Origin: Acidimicrobiia bacterium
GTDB lineage: Bacteria > Actinomycetota > Acidimicrobiia > Spongiisociales > ZC4RG35
NCBI GenBank assembly: GCA_044867525.1
Contig: JBIOVB010000118.1
Span: forward strand, 22,266-86,265
Length of the DNA stretch: 64,000 nucleotides
Reading direction: 5' to 3'
Shown: positions 18,687-28,700 of the stretch, one piece after another
Layout: each line of letters opens with the position of its first letter
How positions within the stretch are numbered: the first letter of the stretch is position 1
Translations under genes and position numbers: made by a program
The notes under the pieces: model-generated
Database searches by the model: none
Told to the model about the DNA's origin: nothing
Seen by the model: the letters and a program-made list of their open reading frames with translations, nothing else

Positions 18687-18716
18687 TATGATTGAGCGCC
18701 CGACAGCGGAGTCAGC

Positions 18717-19364
18717 TTGGGCATCGAGAATCTCCTCCTGGAGAAGTCGTTCTCTCTTCCGGGAATGGAGGAGGGTCATTTCCGTCTCCAACCGGGACGA
18801 ATCATCGAAATGGTCGGGGTCCCGGGGACCGGTCTCACCCGTCTCGGTCTGAGTCTCCTCGCTGACCCTTCACGGGTGGCGCCGGTGGTCGCCCTCGACC
18901 TTCGTGGCTGGATCGCACCCGAGGCGGCCTGGGAGGCGGGAGTGGTTCCCGAGCAGCTGGTGATCGTTCGTTGTGACCAACCCCGGATCTGGCCCCAGGT
19001 GACGGCTGCCCTCCTGGAAGGAGTTCGTGCCCTCTATGCCGAGGTCCCAGCGGGGATCAGGGACCAGGACCTACGACGTCTGGCCGCACTGGCCAGAGCC
19101 CGGGGGGTTGCAGTGGCGATGAGGCCACTTGGTGAGGGCCTGCCCGGTGGGGTGGCCTATCTCCGACTCCGGGCGCTGGGAGTGACCTGGGAGGGCGCGG
19201 ACCGGGGCCATGGCAAGTTGAAGAGGAGACGTCTGATGCTGGAGGCATCGGGAAAGGGCGCCGCCGGGGTGATCAGGCGATTCGAGGTCGAAGATGAAGG
19301 TACGGACGTTGTGCGTGTGGTTTCCGATGTGGTCGTTGGGGAGGCCGGACGCGCCGTCGGATGA
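18717..19364 (+). CDS. imuA': ImuA' (RecA-fold, Walker-A-degenerate) SOS mutasome accessory protein
   Basis: 215 aa. TTG start 5 nt after GGAG. GVPGTGLTRLGLSLLA resembles a P-loop lacking Lys. SOS box upstream and imuB downstream. Confidence 0.72.
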   Translation: MGIENLLLEKSFSLPGMEEGHFRLQPGRIIEMVGVPGTGLTRLGLSLLADPSRVAPVVALDLRGWIAPEAAWEAGVVPEQLVIVRCDQPRIWPQVTAALLEGVRALYAEVPAGIRDQDLRRLAALARARGVAVAMRPLGEGLPGGVAYLRLRALGVTWEGADRGHGKLKRRRLMLEASGKGAAGVIRRFEVEDEGTDVVRVVSDVVVGEAGRAVG

Positions 19365-20781
19365 GCCGGTCCTGATCGTCGATGACAGGGCGGTTGGCGC
19401 CAGCGGAGAAGTGCTCGCCGCTGGGGTGACACCAGGCATGCCACGTCGCGAAGCCGAGGCTCTCGCCCCCTTCGCCACCGTGCTTCCCAGGGACCCCGGT
19501 GAGGAGGCACGTCGCTTCGAGCCGGTGGTGGAGGTCATAGAGGACCTGATTCCCAGGGTGGAAGTGGTGACCCCAGGCCTGGTCTTCGTCCCCATCTCGG
19601 GGGCGGTCAGCTTCTATGGCGGTGAGGCGCCACTTGCCGATGCCGTCGCCAAGGAGGTCGACAATCTCGTCGGCCATCTCCGTGGCGGTGAGGCCTTGGT
19701 TGGGGTGGCCGATGGGCCTTTTGCCGCACGATGGGCGGCTGCGACCGCAATGGTGGGGCGACCCCGGATCGTGGTGGACACAATCGGGTTCCTCTCCGGC
19801 CTCGACCTGGCCACCCTCAGGGAGAGCATCGGAAGCGATGAGCTGCTCGACACTTTCCGCTGGTTGGGGATCGGGACTTTGGGGGAGTTGGCCCGCTTGC
19901 CCCGTGAGGCCCTGGCCACCCGCTTTGGGCCCACTGGTTCCCTGGCCCATCGGCTGGCAAGTGGGGAGGACCGGCCCCTCGACCCCCGCTCGATTTCCCC
20001 CGATCTGGCGGTGGATGCCAGCTTCGAGGATCCATTGGAGACCCTGGATGCAGTGGCCTTTGCCGCCCGGGCCCTCTCCGAGCGCCTGCTCCGCGGTTTG
20101 CGGGTCACGGGTGCCGCGCCGCACCTGGTGTCGATACTCGCCGAGTCGGCGACCGGCAGCAGCAGAGAGCGGGTATGGCGCTCCGCCGACCCCTTCACCG
20201 AGAAAGGCCTGTCTGATCGGGTGTGGTGGCAGCTGAGAGCATGGATCGAGGCTGGCGGGATCCCGGGTGGGATCGCCAGGCTGCGCATCGCCCCTGCCGA
20301 CCTCTCCGACGAAGGCCGCCAACTCGGGCTGCTCAAGGACGAGGCCTCGCGGATGGAGACCGAGCGCGCCCTGACCAGGGCCCAGTCCCTGCTCGGTCCT
20401 GACGCAGTGCTCCAGGGAAGGGCGCAGGGTGGGCGTATGCCCCAGGAGAGGGTGGCCTGGTCGCGGTGGGGTGAGCCTCAGGTTGATCAGGCTCGGGACC
20501 CGGAGGCTCCCTGGCCGGGGGCCACGCCGTCACCGAGCCCGGCGCTGGTGCCGCCCCGTCTCGAGCCGTTGCAGGTGGAGTGGGAGGATGGGATGCCGAG
20601 TCGGGTTCGTCTCGGCACCCGATGGGAGCCGGTGCTGACCTGGAGTGGGCCTTGGCGTCTCAGTGCCCGCTGGTGGTTGGGCGAGCGGGACGCCGATCGC
20701 TACCAGTTGGTGACCTCGGTGGGAGCTCTGCTCTGTGTGGTCGCGGAAGGAAAGGCCTTCCTGGCGGGGATCTACGACTGA
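19294..20781 (+). CDS. imuB: ImuB (catalytically dead Y-family polymerase-like adaptor)
   Basis: 495 aa. N-terminus LCVWFPMWSL lacks the catalytic Asp pair. QLGLL beta-clamp-type motif at 20320-20334. The start overlaps imuA' by 71 nt (an alternative later start is possible). Confidence 0.82.
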   Translation: MKVRTLCVWFPMWSLGRPDAPSDEPVLIVDDRAVGASGEVLAAGVTPGMPRREAEALAPFATVLPRDPGEEARRFEPVVEVIEDLIPRVEVVTPGLVFVPISGAVSFYGGEAPLADAVAKEVDNLVGHLRGGEALVGVADGPFAARWAAATAMVGRPRIVVDTIGFLSGLDLATLRESIGSDELLDTFRWLGIGTLGELARLPREALATRFGPTGSLAHRLASGEDRPLDPRSISPDLAVDASFEDPLETLDAVAFAARALSERLLRGLRVTGAAPHLVSILAESATGSSRERVWRSADPFTEKGLSDRVWWQLRAWIEAGGIPGGIARLRIAPADLSDEGRQLGLLKDEASRMETERALTRAQSLLGPDAVLQGRAQGGRMPQERVAWSRWGEPQVDQARDPEAPWPGATPSPSPALVPPRLEPLQVEWEDGMPSRVRLGTRWEPVLTWSGPWRLSARWWLGERDADRYQLVTSVGALLCVVAEGKAFLAGIYD

Positions 20782-20859
20782 AATGCCGGCCGGGCCGGTC
20801 GGTGGCTGCCCCTGTCCTGCGATTCGTTGGGGATTCAGAGTCGTAGGTAGCGTCGGGCA

Positions 20860-21527
20860 ATGTTTGGCGGTCCGTCTTTTCGCAGGGGTCTCCGCGACTC
20901 CGCCTTCATCGCGGTAGCAGTGTTCGTGTTCGGGCTCGCTTACGGCGTGGTCGCCGTGGATGCCGGCCTCTCCCCGACTCTGACCATGCTCTCTTCGTTC
21001 ATCACAATGTCCGGAGCGGCCCAATTCGCAATGTCGGCCTGCTGGCCGCCGGGGCAGTGCCGGTTCTGATCGCTGCGACTGGCCTCGGCCTGCGCCACCT
21101 TCCGATGTCGGCCCGGCTCGCCGAGATGATCGGCCCGCAACCGCTCGGCACCCGGCTCCGACTCGCCTTCGTGCTGGTTGACGAGTCTTTCGGGTTGACC
21201 CTCCGGGCAGCCGCTCGCGGTGTCGACGACCTGGTCGCCTACAAGTCGGCTGCCGACCTCACGCTGTACCTGGGATGGCTCCTCGGCACGGCGGGCGGGG
21301 TCTGGTTCGGCTCCGCCATCGACCCCGAGGCCGCCGGGATCGGGGTGCTGTTCGGTCTGCTCTTCCTGGGCCTCGCCGCCCCCCTGGTCCGATCCCGCCG
21401 GGACTGGATCGTGGCCGCGGCTTCAGTGGTCGCGACCGTGGTGGCCACCAGGGTCCTCCCCGTCGCCTGGCAGGTGACCGCCGCAGCGACCATCGCGGCG
21501 TTGATCGGGGTGTTCATCGATGACTGA
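20860..21527 (+). pseudogene. azlC: azlC (branched-chain amino acid exporter subunit) interrupted by a 1-nt frameshift near 21033
   Basis: Two ORFs (20860-21069 and 21057-21527) in different frames. They join into a continuous AzlC-like sequence ...SGAAQFAM|VGLLAAGAVPVLIAATGLGLRHLPMS... if one base is restored. Confidence 0.7.
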
Positions 21528-21828
21528 TCTCTATGTGGTGCTCGGCGTGGCCGTGATCACATTCGCCACCAGAGTGTCCTTCTTGCTCAGCCCTCGTCAG
21601 GCGCCCGCCGGCCGGCTTGGCCGGTTCCTCGACGTGTTCCCGGTGGCGCTGTTCGTGGCCATTGCGGTCAACGGCCTGGTGGCTCCGGTGGGAAGCCCCG
21701 AGCTCACGGCCAACCTTCTCGGCGCTCTGGGCGGCGTGATCGGCGGGGTGGTGTTCAGGCGGTCGGTATGGGGGGTCTTCGCCATGGGGGCCGCGTTCTT
21801 CTATCTGGCCCGGGCCGTCATCGGCTAG
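21520..21828 (+). CDS. azlD: AzlD family branched-chain amino acid transport protein
   Basis: 102-aa hydrophobic ORF overlapping the azlC end by 8 nt. Typical azlCD pairing. Confidence 0.8.
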   Translation: MTDLYVVLGVAVITFATRVSFLLSPRQAPAGRLGRFLDVFPVALFVAIAVNGLVAPVGSPELTANLLGALGGVIGGVVFRRSVWGVFAMGAAFFYLARAVIG

Positions 21829-21863
21829 GCACGGGTGGCCGAAAGATCGCAACGGGGCGCCTC

Positions 21864-22886
21864 TCAGCTCTCCCACGTGACCACGATCTGCCCCTGGACA
21901 CCGGGTAGCGGTAGCGAGGCCGCTTCCACCTTGACGGCATCGCGCGCATTCTGAGGGAGCCGGCGCCAGGGGTTGATCGTCAGGACGGATTGCGCACGCC
22001 GCCACGTCCCGGCGATCTCACCTTCGACCAGGAGTGCGCCGGGCCAGACCCGAGGAGTCCACAGGGCGCCACGCCGATCGGCGTCGGGGACCAACAGCTC
22101 GCGATCCGCACCCTGGAGGAGGAAGTACGCATCGCCGCTTGGGAGCAGCCGGGCGGGCGCGTCGGGCCCAGCGGGGGCAAGGAGGGCAGGCTCGTCGCGG
22201 GTGAGGATCCACGCATCACCGATCGGGGTTCGCACGGGGATCAGCGCGCTGTGGAGGGCGTCGAACACCTCGAGTGCCCGCCGCGGCTTGATCCCGGCCC
22301 AACTCGCGAAGCCTTCGGCGGTGGCGGGACCGAAGACATGCAGGTATCGGCGTGCCAACTCACCTCGGGCGGCAAACGGGTCCACCGCGGGCTCCGGCAC
22401 CATCCATATCACTGGCTGCCGGGCGCCGTCCCACCGCATGACGACGGTGCCGGTCGGCGCCGCATACCTGAGCTGATTGGGGTGTACACCCAGAGCCCGT
22501 CCGGCCTCGCCATACGCCACCCTCGCATCACCTAGGTGGTCGCGGAGGCGGTTGGCGAGGTCTTCGGCCTTTTGCCGGCCATCCCGGTCGTCGGGCAGCC
22601 TGCCTCGGGAGAAGACCGCGAGATCGCGTGCAGCGACGACGTAGGCGCTGAAGCGCGGGCCCCATAGCTGGACGAGAGAGACATCCTCCCATGTCGCGGG
22701 CCCCGTCCCCTCGACACGGGCGTGAATCGAGAGCAGGGCAGCCCGGGGCATGCTGTCTTGCAGGCCTGCCCATGCCGCTTGCCGGAGCGAGCCTCGGCCT
22801 GGTGGGAGCCTCTCATCGAGTGCCCCCACCCTCCGACGGTAGGCCAGGATCTGCGCCCGAGTCAGTCGGAGCCGGGAGGGTGGCAA
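21864..22886 (-). CDS. winged-helix DUF1006 protein (AlkZ/YcaQ-like DNA glycosylase family)
   Basis: 340 aa. Family hallmarks: ARRYLHVFGPATAEGFASWAGI, RLLPSGDAYFLL..DR, GEIAGTWRR. Confidence 0.65.
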   Translation of the reverse strand: MPPSRLRLTRAQILAYRRRVGALDERLPPGRGSLRQAAWAGLQDSMPRAALLSIHARVEGTGPATWEDVSLVQLWGPRFSAYVVAARDLAVFSRGRLPDDRDGRQKAEDLANRLRDHLGDARVAYGEAGRALGVHPNQLRYAAPTGTVVMRWDGARQPVIWMVPEPAVDPFAARGELARRYLHVFGPATAEGFASWAGIKPRRALEVFDALHSALIPVRTPIGDAWILTRDEPALLAPAGPDAPARLLPSGDAYFLLQGADRELLVPDADRRGALWTPRVWPGALLVEGEIAGTWRRAQSVLTINPWRRLPQNARDAVKVEAASLPLPGVQGQIVVTWES

Positions 22887-22896
22887 CCTTGGCTCC

Positions 22897-23643
22897 TCAC
22901 GCCATCTCCACTGGTCCGCCCATCTCGCTCACCCGTTTCGCCACAATGTCCCGCACCTGGTCCCGGAGCCGGTTCCCGTCCGCCCGGGTGAGCTCGGTGG
23001 TCTCGATGGCCGGGTCGATCACCACCTTGATGTGCCCCCCGTGGATCCAGGGGCGGGTTGGCGCCCATGACTGGTACGAGCCGTACAGCGACAGTGGGAG
23101 CACTGGGAGCTGACCGGAGATGGCCATGGTGAATGCGCCCTTCTTGAACGGCTTCATCACGCCGTCCCGGGGCCGCGTTCCCTCGGCGTAGATGATCAAC
23201 GAGCGCCCTTTGCTCACCAATTCCCTGCCTTGTCGGTTGACGTCGGCGTGGATCGCGCCCCTGGCGGCCCGGTCGACCTCAACGATCCCGATAGCGCGCA
23301 TCCCCTGGGCGAGGACCGGAACCCGGAACAGCTCTGCCTTCGCCAAAAACCTGATCGGAAGGCGCACCGCGAGCAGACAGGCCATGATGTCGAGAATCGA
23401 CAGGTGGTTGGCCACGACCACATAGGACCGGTCGGAATCGATGTTCTCCGTCCCCTCAACTTCGAGGGTGGTCCCCGAACAGACGAGCCATACTCGGCTC
23501 CAGCCACGGATCACCCTGTCGATGAACGGTGATGTGTCATCGATCCAGGAGGTCACGATCACCAAGAGAACGGCGATCACGGTGGCGATGACTCCGGCGA
23601 CGAGGGTCAACACCGTCCTCGGGATGTCGATCACCCACCGCAT
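22897..23643 (-). CDS. lysophospholipid (1-acyl-glycerol-3-phosphate) acyltransferase family protein
   Basis: NHLSILD (HX4D) motif and N-terminal TM. ATG 23643 chosen because the longer ORF (to 23796) overlaps the divergent MTHFS gene. Confidence 0.8.
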   Translation of the reverse strand: MRWVIDIPRTVLTLVAGVIATVIAVLLVIVTSWIDDTSPFIDRVIRGWSRVWLVCSGTTLEVEGTENIDSDRSYVVVANHLSILDIMACLLAVRLPIRFLAKAELFRVPVLAQGMRAIGIVEVDRAARGAIHADVNRQGRELVSKGRSLIIYAEGTRPRDGVMKPFKKGAFTMAISGQLPVLPLSLYGSYQSWAPTRPWIHGGHIKVVIDPAIETTELTRADGNRLRDQVRDIVAKRVSEMGGPVEMA

Positions 23644-23680
23644 GGCGCCGAGGGTAGCGATGGAGTCATAGGCTGCCCCG

Positions 23681-24220
23681 ATGGACAAAGATGCTGCTCG
23701 CCAACGTCTGCGCGTGGCGGGGCCGCTTCCCGAGGAGGTGTCCGCCGGTGTCTTGTCGGCCCTGTTCATCTGGCTGTCGGCACGCCTGCCCGGCACCGCC
23801 TCCGCTTATCTGGCGATGGGGGGAGAGGTGGACGTCGCCCCACTCTTCGACCGCTTGCCGGGGTGGCGTTGGGTGTTGCCCCGGGTCGAGGACGACGGGC
23901 AGCTCACCTTCCGGGACCGCTCGGTTCGCCGTGAGATGCATCGCTGGGGGATGGAGCAGCCGCTGGGTCAGGGTCCTGTGACCCCGATCCCCGAGATCGA
24001 CGTGTTCCTGGTCCCGGGGCTGGCCTTCGACCTATCGGGGCGCCGCCTGGGCAGGGGCGGTGGCTTCTATGACCGGGTGCTGGCCGCGCGCCGGGGAGAC
24101 AGTGTGGCGATTGGCGTCACCTGGTCGGATGGGCTGCTGGCGGATCTGCCAGCCGAAGCCCACGATCAAGAGGTCGACCTGGTCTTCACCGAAAACGGTC
24201 CGACGCCGCCCAACCGCTGA
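23681..24220 (+). CDS. 5-formyltetrahydrofolate cyclo-ligase
   Basis: 179 aa. VDVFLVPGLAFDLSGRRLGRGGGFYDR is the family signature. Confidence 0.85.
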   Translation: MDKDAARQRLRVAGPLPEEVSAGVLSALFIWLSARLPGTASAYLAMGGEVDVAPLFDRLPGWRWVLPRVEDDGQLTFRDRSVRREMHRWGMEQPLGQGPVTPIPEIDVFLVPGLAFDLSGRRLGRGGGFYDRVLAARRGDSVAIGVTWSDGLLADLPAEAHDQEVDLVFTENGPTPPNR

Positions 24221-24608
24221 CCGTCTCCATCTCGATCAGCATCGCCGGTCCCGTTGGCGGCGTCGTTCGGTACTGCAGGTATTTGGACACCAGCGCGGCG
24301 CGGGACTCGTCCCAATCGGCCCCATCCGTGACCACGCGGGCTTCGCCGTCGACTCTCACCCACCACAGGCGGTCCCACTCGCCCTCGTAGTGGTCGACCA
24401 TGAAGCTGACCGTCGGGTTGGCGGACACATTGGCAAGTCGTTGCAGCCGACTGGTGGTCTTCGGCTTGTGATCGACCATGTGAGCCAGCCTTCCCCGGAC
24501 AACGGCGAACGTGATGGGGACCAGGTGCGGGGCACCGTCGGGGCGGATCGTGGCCAGGTGGCCGATTTCGGCGGTCTCGATGAGCCCCAGGCAATCAGCC
24601 CGGTTCAT
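24186..24608 (-). CDS. PPOX-class (pyridoxamine 5'-phosphate oxidase fold) probable F420-dependent enzyme
   Basis: 140 aa from ATG 24608 (MNRADCLGLIETAEIGHLATIRPDGAPHLVPI...). The upstream part of the 230-aa ORF is Arg/Pro-rich junk overlapping the next gene. Confidence 0.75.
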   Translation of the reverse strand: MNRADCLGLIETAEIGHLATIRPDGAPHLVPITFAVVRGRLAHMVDHKPKTTSRLQRLANVSANPTVSFMVDHYEGEWDRLWWVRVDGEARVVTDGADWDESRAALVSKYLQYRTTPPTGPAMLIEMETVSGWAASDRFR

Positions 24609-25341
24609 GGGCACCGGCGAGGACCCCCTGGAGCGTTGCCCACGCGGAGTCGGCCCACCGACGGTGGCCGGCGGCGCTGACGTGGAACAGGTCGGCGGCC
24701 CACAGGCTGCGGTCCGTGTACCAACTCTCCGGGCGGTCGGCACGCTGATCGACGACATGCGCGCCGTATCTCGCGGCGACCCGGTGGTGGATCCGGTTGA
24801 ACGAGGCGGATCGTTGGGCAAACATCTGGCGCAGGGGCGGCACCAGTCTCGGAATGCTCCCCATGTCACCCACCCCACTGAGGATGACGGTGGCGCCGGT
24901 CACCTCGAGCTCGTCGACCAAGTGGCTGAGGTTGGCCTCGAAGCGGCGACTGGAGACACCACGGATCACGTCGTTGGCGCCAACCGAGATGAAGACCAGG
25001 TCGGGCTCCATGTCGATAGCGGGCCGCAGTTGGTGCTGGATCAGGTCGTGGGCGCACGATCCGCTGACGGCCAAGGAGTCGAGGACCACATGCCGATGCC
25101 GGGCGAGACGTTCCGCAATCAACGAGATCCAGCACTCCTCGGGTCCGCCGATTCCGGGAGCGGTCACCGACGAGTCGCCGAGCACCACTACCCGCAGGGT
25201 GAGCAGGTCCGGATCACCGAATGTGCCCGATGGGTCGAACTCCTCCAGCTCGGGGGCCGGTCGCAGCACGGCATAGGCCAGCTCGAGGCCGATGATGGCT
25301 GCTCCGGCGATCGCTCCGCGCTTGATCAGGTGACGGACCAC
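24595..25341 (-). CDS. SGNH/GDSL hydrolase family protein
   Basis: 248 aa. Block I VVVLGDSS and block III ISVGANDV. Confidence 0.8.
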   Translation of the reverse strand: MVRHLIKRGAIAGAAIIGLELAYAVLRPAPELEEFDPSGTFGDPDLLTLRVVVLGDSSVTAPGIGGPEECWISLIAERLARHRHVVLDSLAVSGSCAHDLIQHQLRPAIDMEPDLVFISVGANDVIRGVSSRRFEANLSHLVDELEVTGATVILSGVGDMGSIPRLVPPLRQMFAQRSASFNRIHHRVAARYGAHVVDQRADRPESWYTDRSLWAADLFHVSAAGHRRWADSAWATLQGVLAGAHEPG

Positions 25342-25367
25342 GGGTCGAGTTTGCCAGAGGTTCGGAG

Positions 25368-25682
25368 TCAGGTGCCGCTGGAGGCGTTCTGAATGCGGGC
25401 CTTGAGCCCGAACCTGCTTCTCTTGCTGTCGGTCAGGTCGATGACCGCTCCGACCGCGTCGGAGAACTCGGAGGGGTCGTCGGGGAAGAACTCGAGGTTG
25501 TCCCCCTCGATGCCGAGGGAGAACCGATAGATCGAGGTTCGCTCGATGTGAACCTCGCCCATGGGCCAGGAGCCCATGTGCCGTCGGCCGGTCGTGATCC
25601 GAAAACGCCCCTCGTCGATTTCGACGGTCACATGTGTGGGCTCCAGCCTGGAACCCTGTAGTCGCCCTAGGTAGTAAGCCAT
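25368..25682 (-). CDS. hypothetical small protein (shares a module with the 17038 membrane protein)
   Basis: ATG 25682 (TTG 25712 is an alternative). 104-114 aa. No recognised family. Confidence 0.5.
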   Translation of the reverse strand: MAYYLGRLQGSRLEPTHVTVEIDEGRFRITTGRRHMGSWPMGEVHIERTSIYRFSLGIEGDNLEFFPDDPSEFSDAVGAVIDLTDSKRSRFGLKARIQNASSGT

Positions 25683-25779
25683 CCCAAGATCCAATCTAGC
25701 GTGCGTTTTCAAGTCTGGAAACAGGGGAGAATTTGCCGACTTCGACAGTACAGTTTGAGCTAGTCACTCGAAAGAGAGC

Positions 25780-28700
25780 ATGACCGGAGGACCCAGGGAG
25801 AACCAACCGGGCACCGAGAACCGGGTCCGTTTCGTCACCGCGACCACCCTGTTCGACGGTCACGACGCCTCGATCAACATCTTCCGGCGGATCCTGCAGG
25901 CTTCAGGCGCCGAAGTCGTCCATCTCGGGCACAACCGTTCCGGCCTCGACATCGTGGAGGCGGCCATCGAGGAGGACGCACACGCCATCGCAGTCACGTC
26001 GTACCAGGGCGGGCACATGGAGTTCTACAAGTACCTCCGTGACCTGCTGGTGGAGAGAGGATCGGGGCACATCAGGCTTTTCGGCGGTGGCGGGGGCACC
26101 ATCCTCCCAGTCGAGGCCGAGGAGCTCGCCGGCTACGGGGTGACCCGCATCTACTCACCCGATGACGGCCGGGAGATGGGCCTTCAGGGCATGGTCTCCG
26201 ACATGATTTCCCGGGCCGATTTCCCGCTCGGGGAGTTGGGAGAGGACTTTGACATGACCGGGCTGGGCACCGACCGGCCTGCGGCCGTGGCGCGGCTGAT
26301 CTCGGCCGCCGAGAACTACGGGGAGAAGTATGCCGACGTCTTCGAGAAGGTCGAAGCAGCGGCTGTCGCATCGGCGGCTCCGGTGATCGGCGTCACCGGG
26401 ACGGGAGGTTCGGGCAAGTCCAGCCTCGTCGATGAGCTGATCCGCCGGCTACTCCTCGACTTCGACGGCCTCCGCGTCGCGATCATCTCGGTCGACCCCA
26501 CCAAGCGACGCTCGGGTGGAGCCCTCCTCGGCGACCGGATCCGGATGAACTCCCTGCCCCATCCCCGCGCCTACATGCGCTCGCTGGCCACCCGCCAGGC
26601 CAACCTCGCTCTCTCCCCGCACGTTCACCGTGCCATCGACGTGGTCAAGGCAGCCGGGTTCGACCTCGTGATCCTGGAAACCTCTGGCATTGGCCAGTCC
26701 GACACCGAGATTGTCGACTTCTGCGATCTCTCCGTGTACGTGATGACGCCGGAGTACGGCGCCGCCACTCAGTTGGAGAAGATCGACATGCTCGACTTCG
26801 CCGACCTGGTAGCCATCAACAAGGCGGACAAGCAGGGTGCTGCCGATGCGCTGCGCGACGTCCGTAAACAGTTTCAGCGCAACCACCTGGCCTTTGGCGA
26901 TGATCCCGCACAGCTGCCCGTGTACCTCACCGTGGCCTCCGACTTCAACGATCCCGGGACCAACCGCTTCTACCGGGCGTTCATCGCCGAGCTGGGGAGG
27001 CACTTCCTCGCGTTGGAGTCGACACTCGACATGCCACTCACCGACACCGCGAAGCAGCACGTGGTTCCTCCGGAGCGGACCCGGTACCTGGCCGAAGTGG
27101 TGGAAGCGATCCGGGACTACGACCGATGGGCTTCAGAGCAGGCGGAGGCCGCCGATGCCATCTACCGACTCCAAGGTGCCGCACAATCCGGGGCAGAGGT
27201 CGCCGACCTGCTGGCCGAGGCTCAGGAGCGGCTCGACGCGGAGAATCGCAGGGCCTTGGAACGCTGGGAAGGAATGGTGGCCGAGTACGGCGGCACCGAG
27301 TTCATCTATCACGTCCGGGGCAGGGAAATCCGGGTTCCGCTGTTCCATGAGACCCTGAGTCACACCCGGGTTCCACGGGTGGCGCTGCCCCGATATCGGT
27401 CATGGGGAGACCGACTCCGCTGGCTGCTTCAGGAGAACCTCCCCGGTGAGTTCCCCTTCACCGCGGGGGTCTTTCCTTTCAAGCGGATGGAGGAGGACCC
27501 GGCCCGGATGTTCGCCGGCGAGGGCCCCTCGGAGCAGACCAATCGCCGGTTCCACTACCTGGCGGCAGACACGCCGGCGAAGCGGCTTTCCACGGCCTTC
27601 GACTCGGTCACCCTCTACGGCGAGGATCCCCACGAGCGGCCCGACATCTACGGGAAGGTTGGGAACTCGGGGGTATCGATCGCCACCCTCGACGACGCCA
27701 AGAAGTTGTACTCGGGGTTCGACCTCTCCGATCCCGCCACCTCGGTTTCGATGACCATCAACGGCCCGGCGCCGATGATCCTCGCCTTCTTCCTCAATGC
27801 TGCCGTCGATCAGGCGTGTGAGACCTACATCACGGAGCACGACATGTGGACCGAGGTCGAGGGCAAGGTCGCCGCCCTGCTCGGCGATTCGACGCCCCCC
27901 CGGTACTGGGGAGATCTCCCGGAGGGCAACGACGGTCTCGGGCTCAGACTGCTCGGGGTGAGCGGCGACCAGGTCCTCCCCACCGATGTCTACGACAGGA
28001 TCCGGGCGGAGACTGTCGCCAGGGTCCGGGGGACGGTCCAAGCCGACATCCTGAAGGAGGACCAGGCGCAGAACACCTGCATCTTCTCCACCGAATTCGC
28101 ATTGCGGATGATGGGCGACATCCAGCAATGGTTCGTCGACAACGAGGTGCGCAACTTCTACTCGGTGTCGATCAGCGGATATCACATGGCCGAGGCCGGG
28201 GCCAACCCGGTCACCCAGCTTGCTTTCACCCTGGCCAACGGGCTCACCTATGTCGAGAACTACCTGGCACGGGGGATGGAGATCGACGCCTTCGCTCCGA
28301 GCCTGTCGTTCTTCTTCTCCAACGGGATCGACGCCGAGTACGCGGTGATCGGGCGGGTGGCACGTCGGATCTGGGCCAAGGCAATCAAACACCGGTATGG
28401 GGGAAACGAGCGCTCCCAGAAGCTGAAGTACCACGTGCAGACGTCGGGGCGCTCGCTCCATGCGCAGGAGATCTCGTTCAACGACATCAGGACCACGCTC
28501 CAGGCCCTGTATGCGATCTACGACAACACCAACAGCCTGCACACGAACGCGTACGACGAGGCGATCACCACTCCCACCGAGGAGTCGGTGCGCAGGGCGG
28601 TGGCCATCCAACTGATCATCAACAGGGAGCTCGGGCTGACCAAGAACGAGAATCCGCTTCAGGGCAGCTTCATCATCGAGGAGCTCACCGACCTGGTGGA

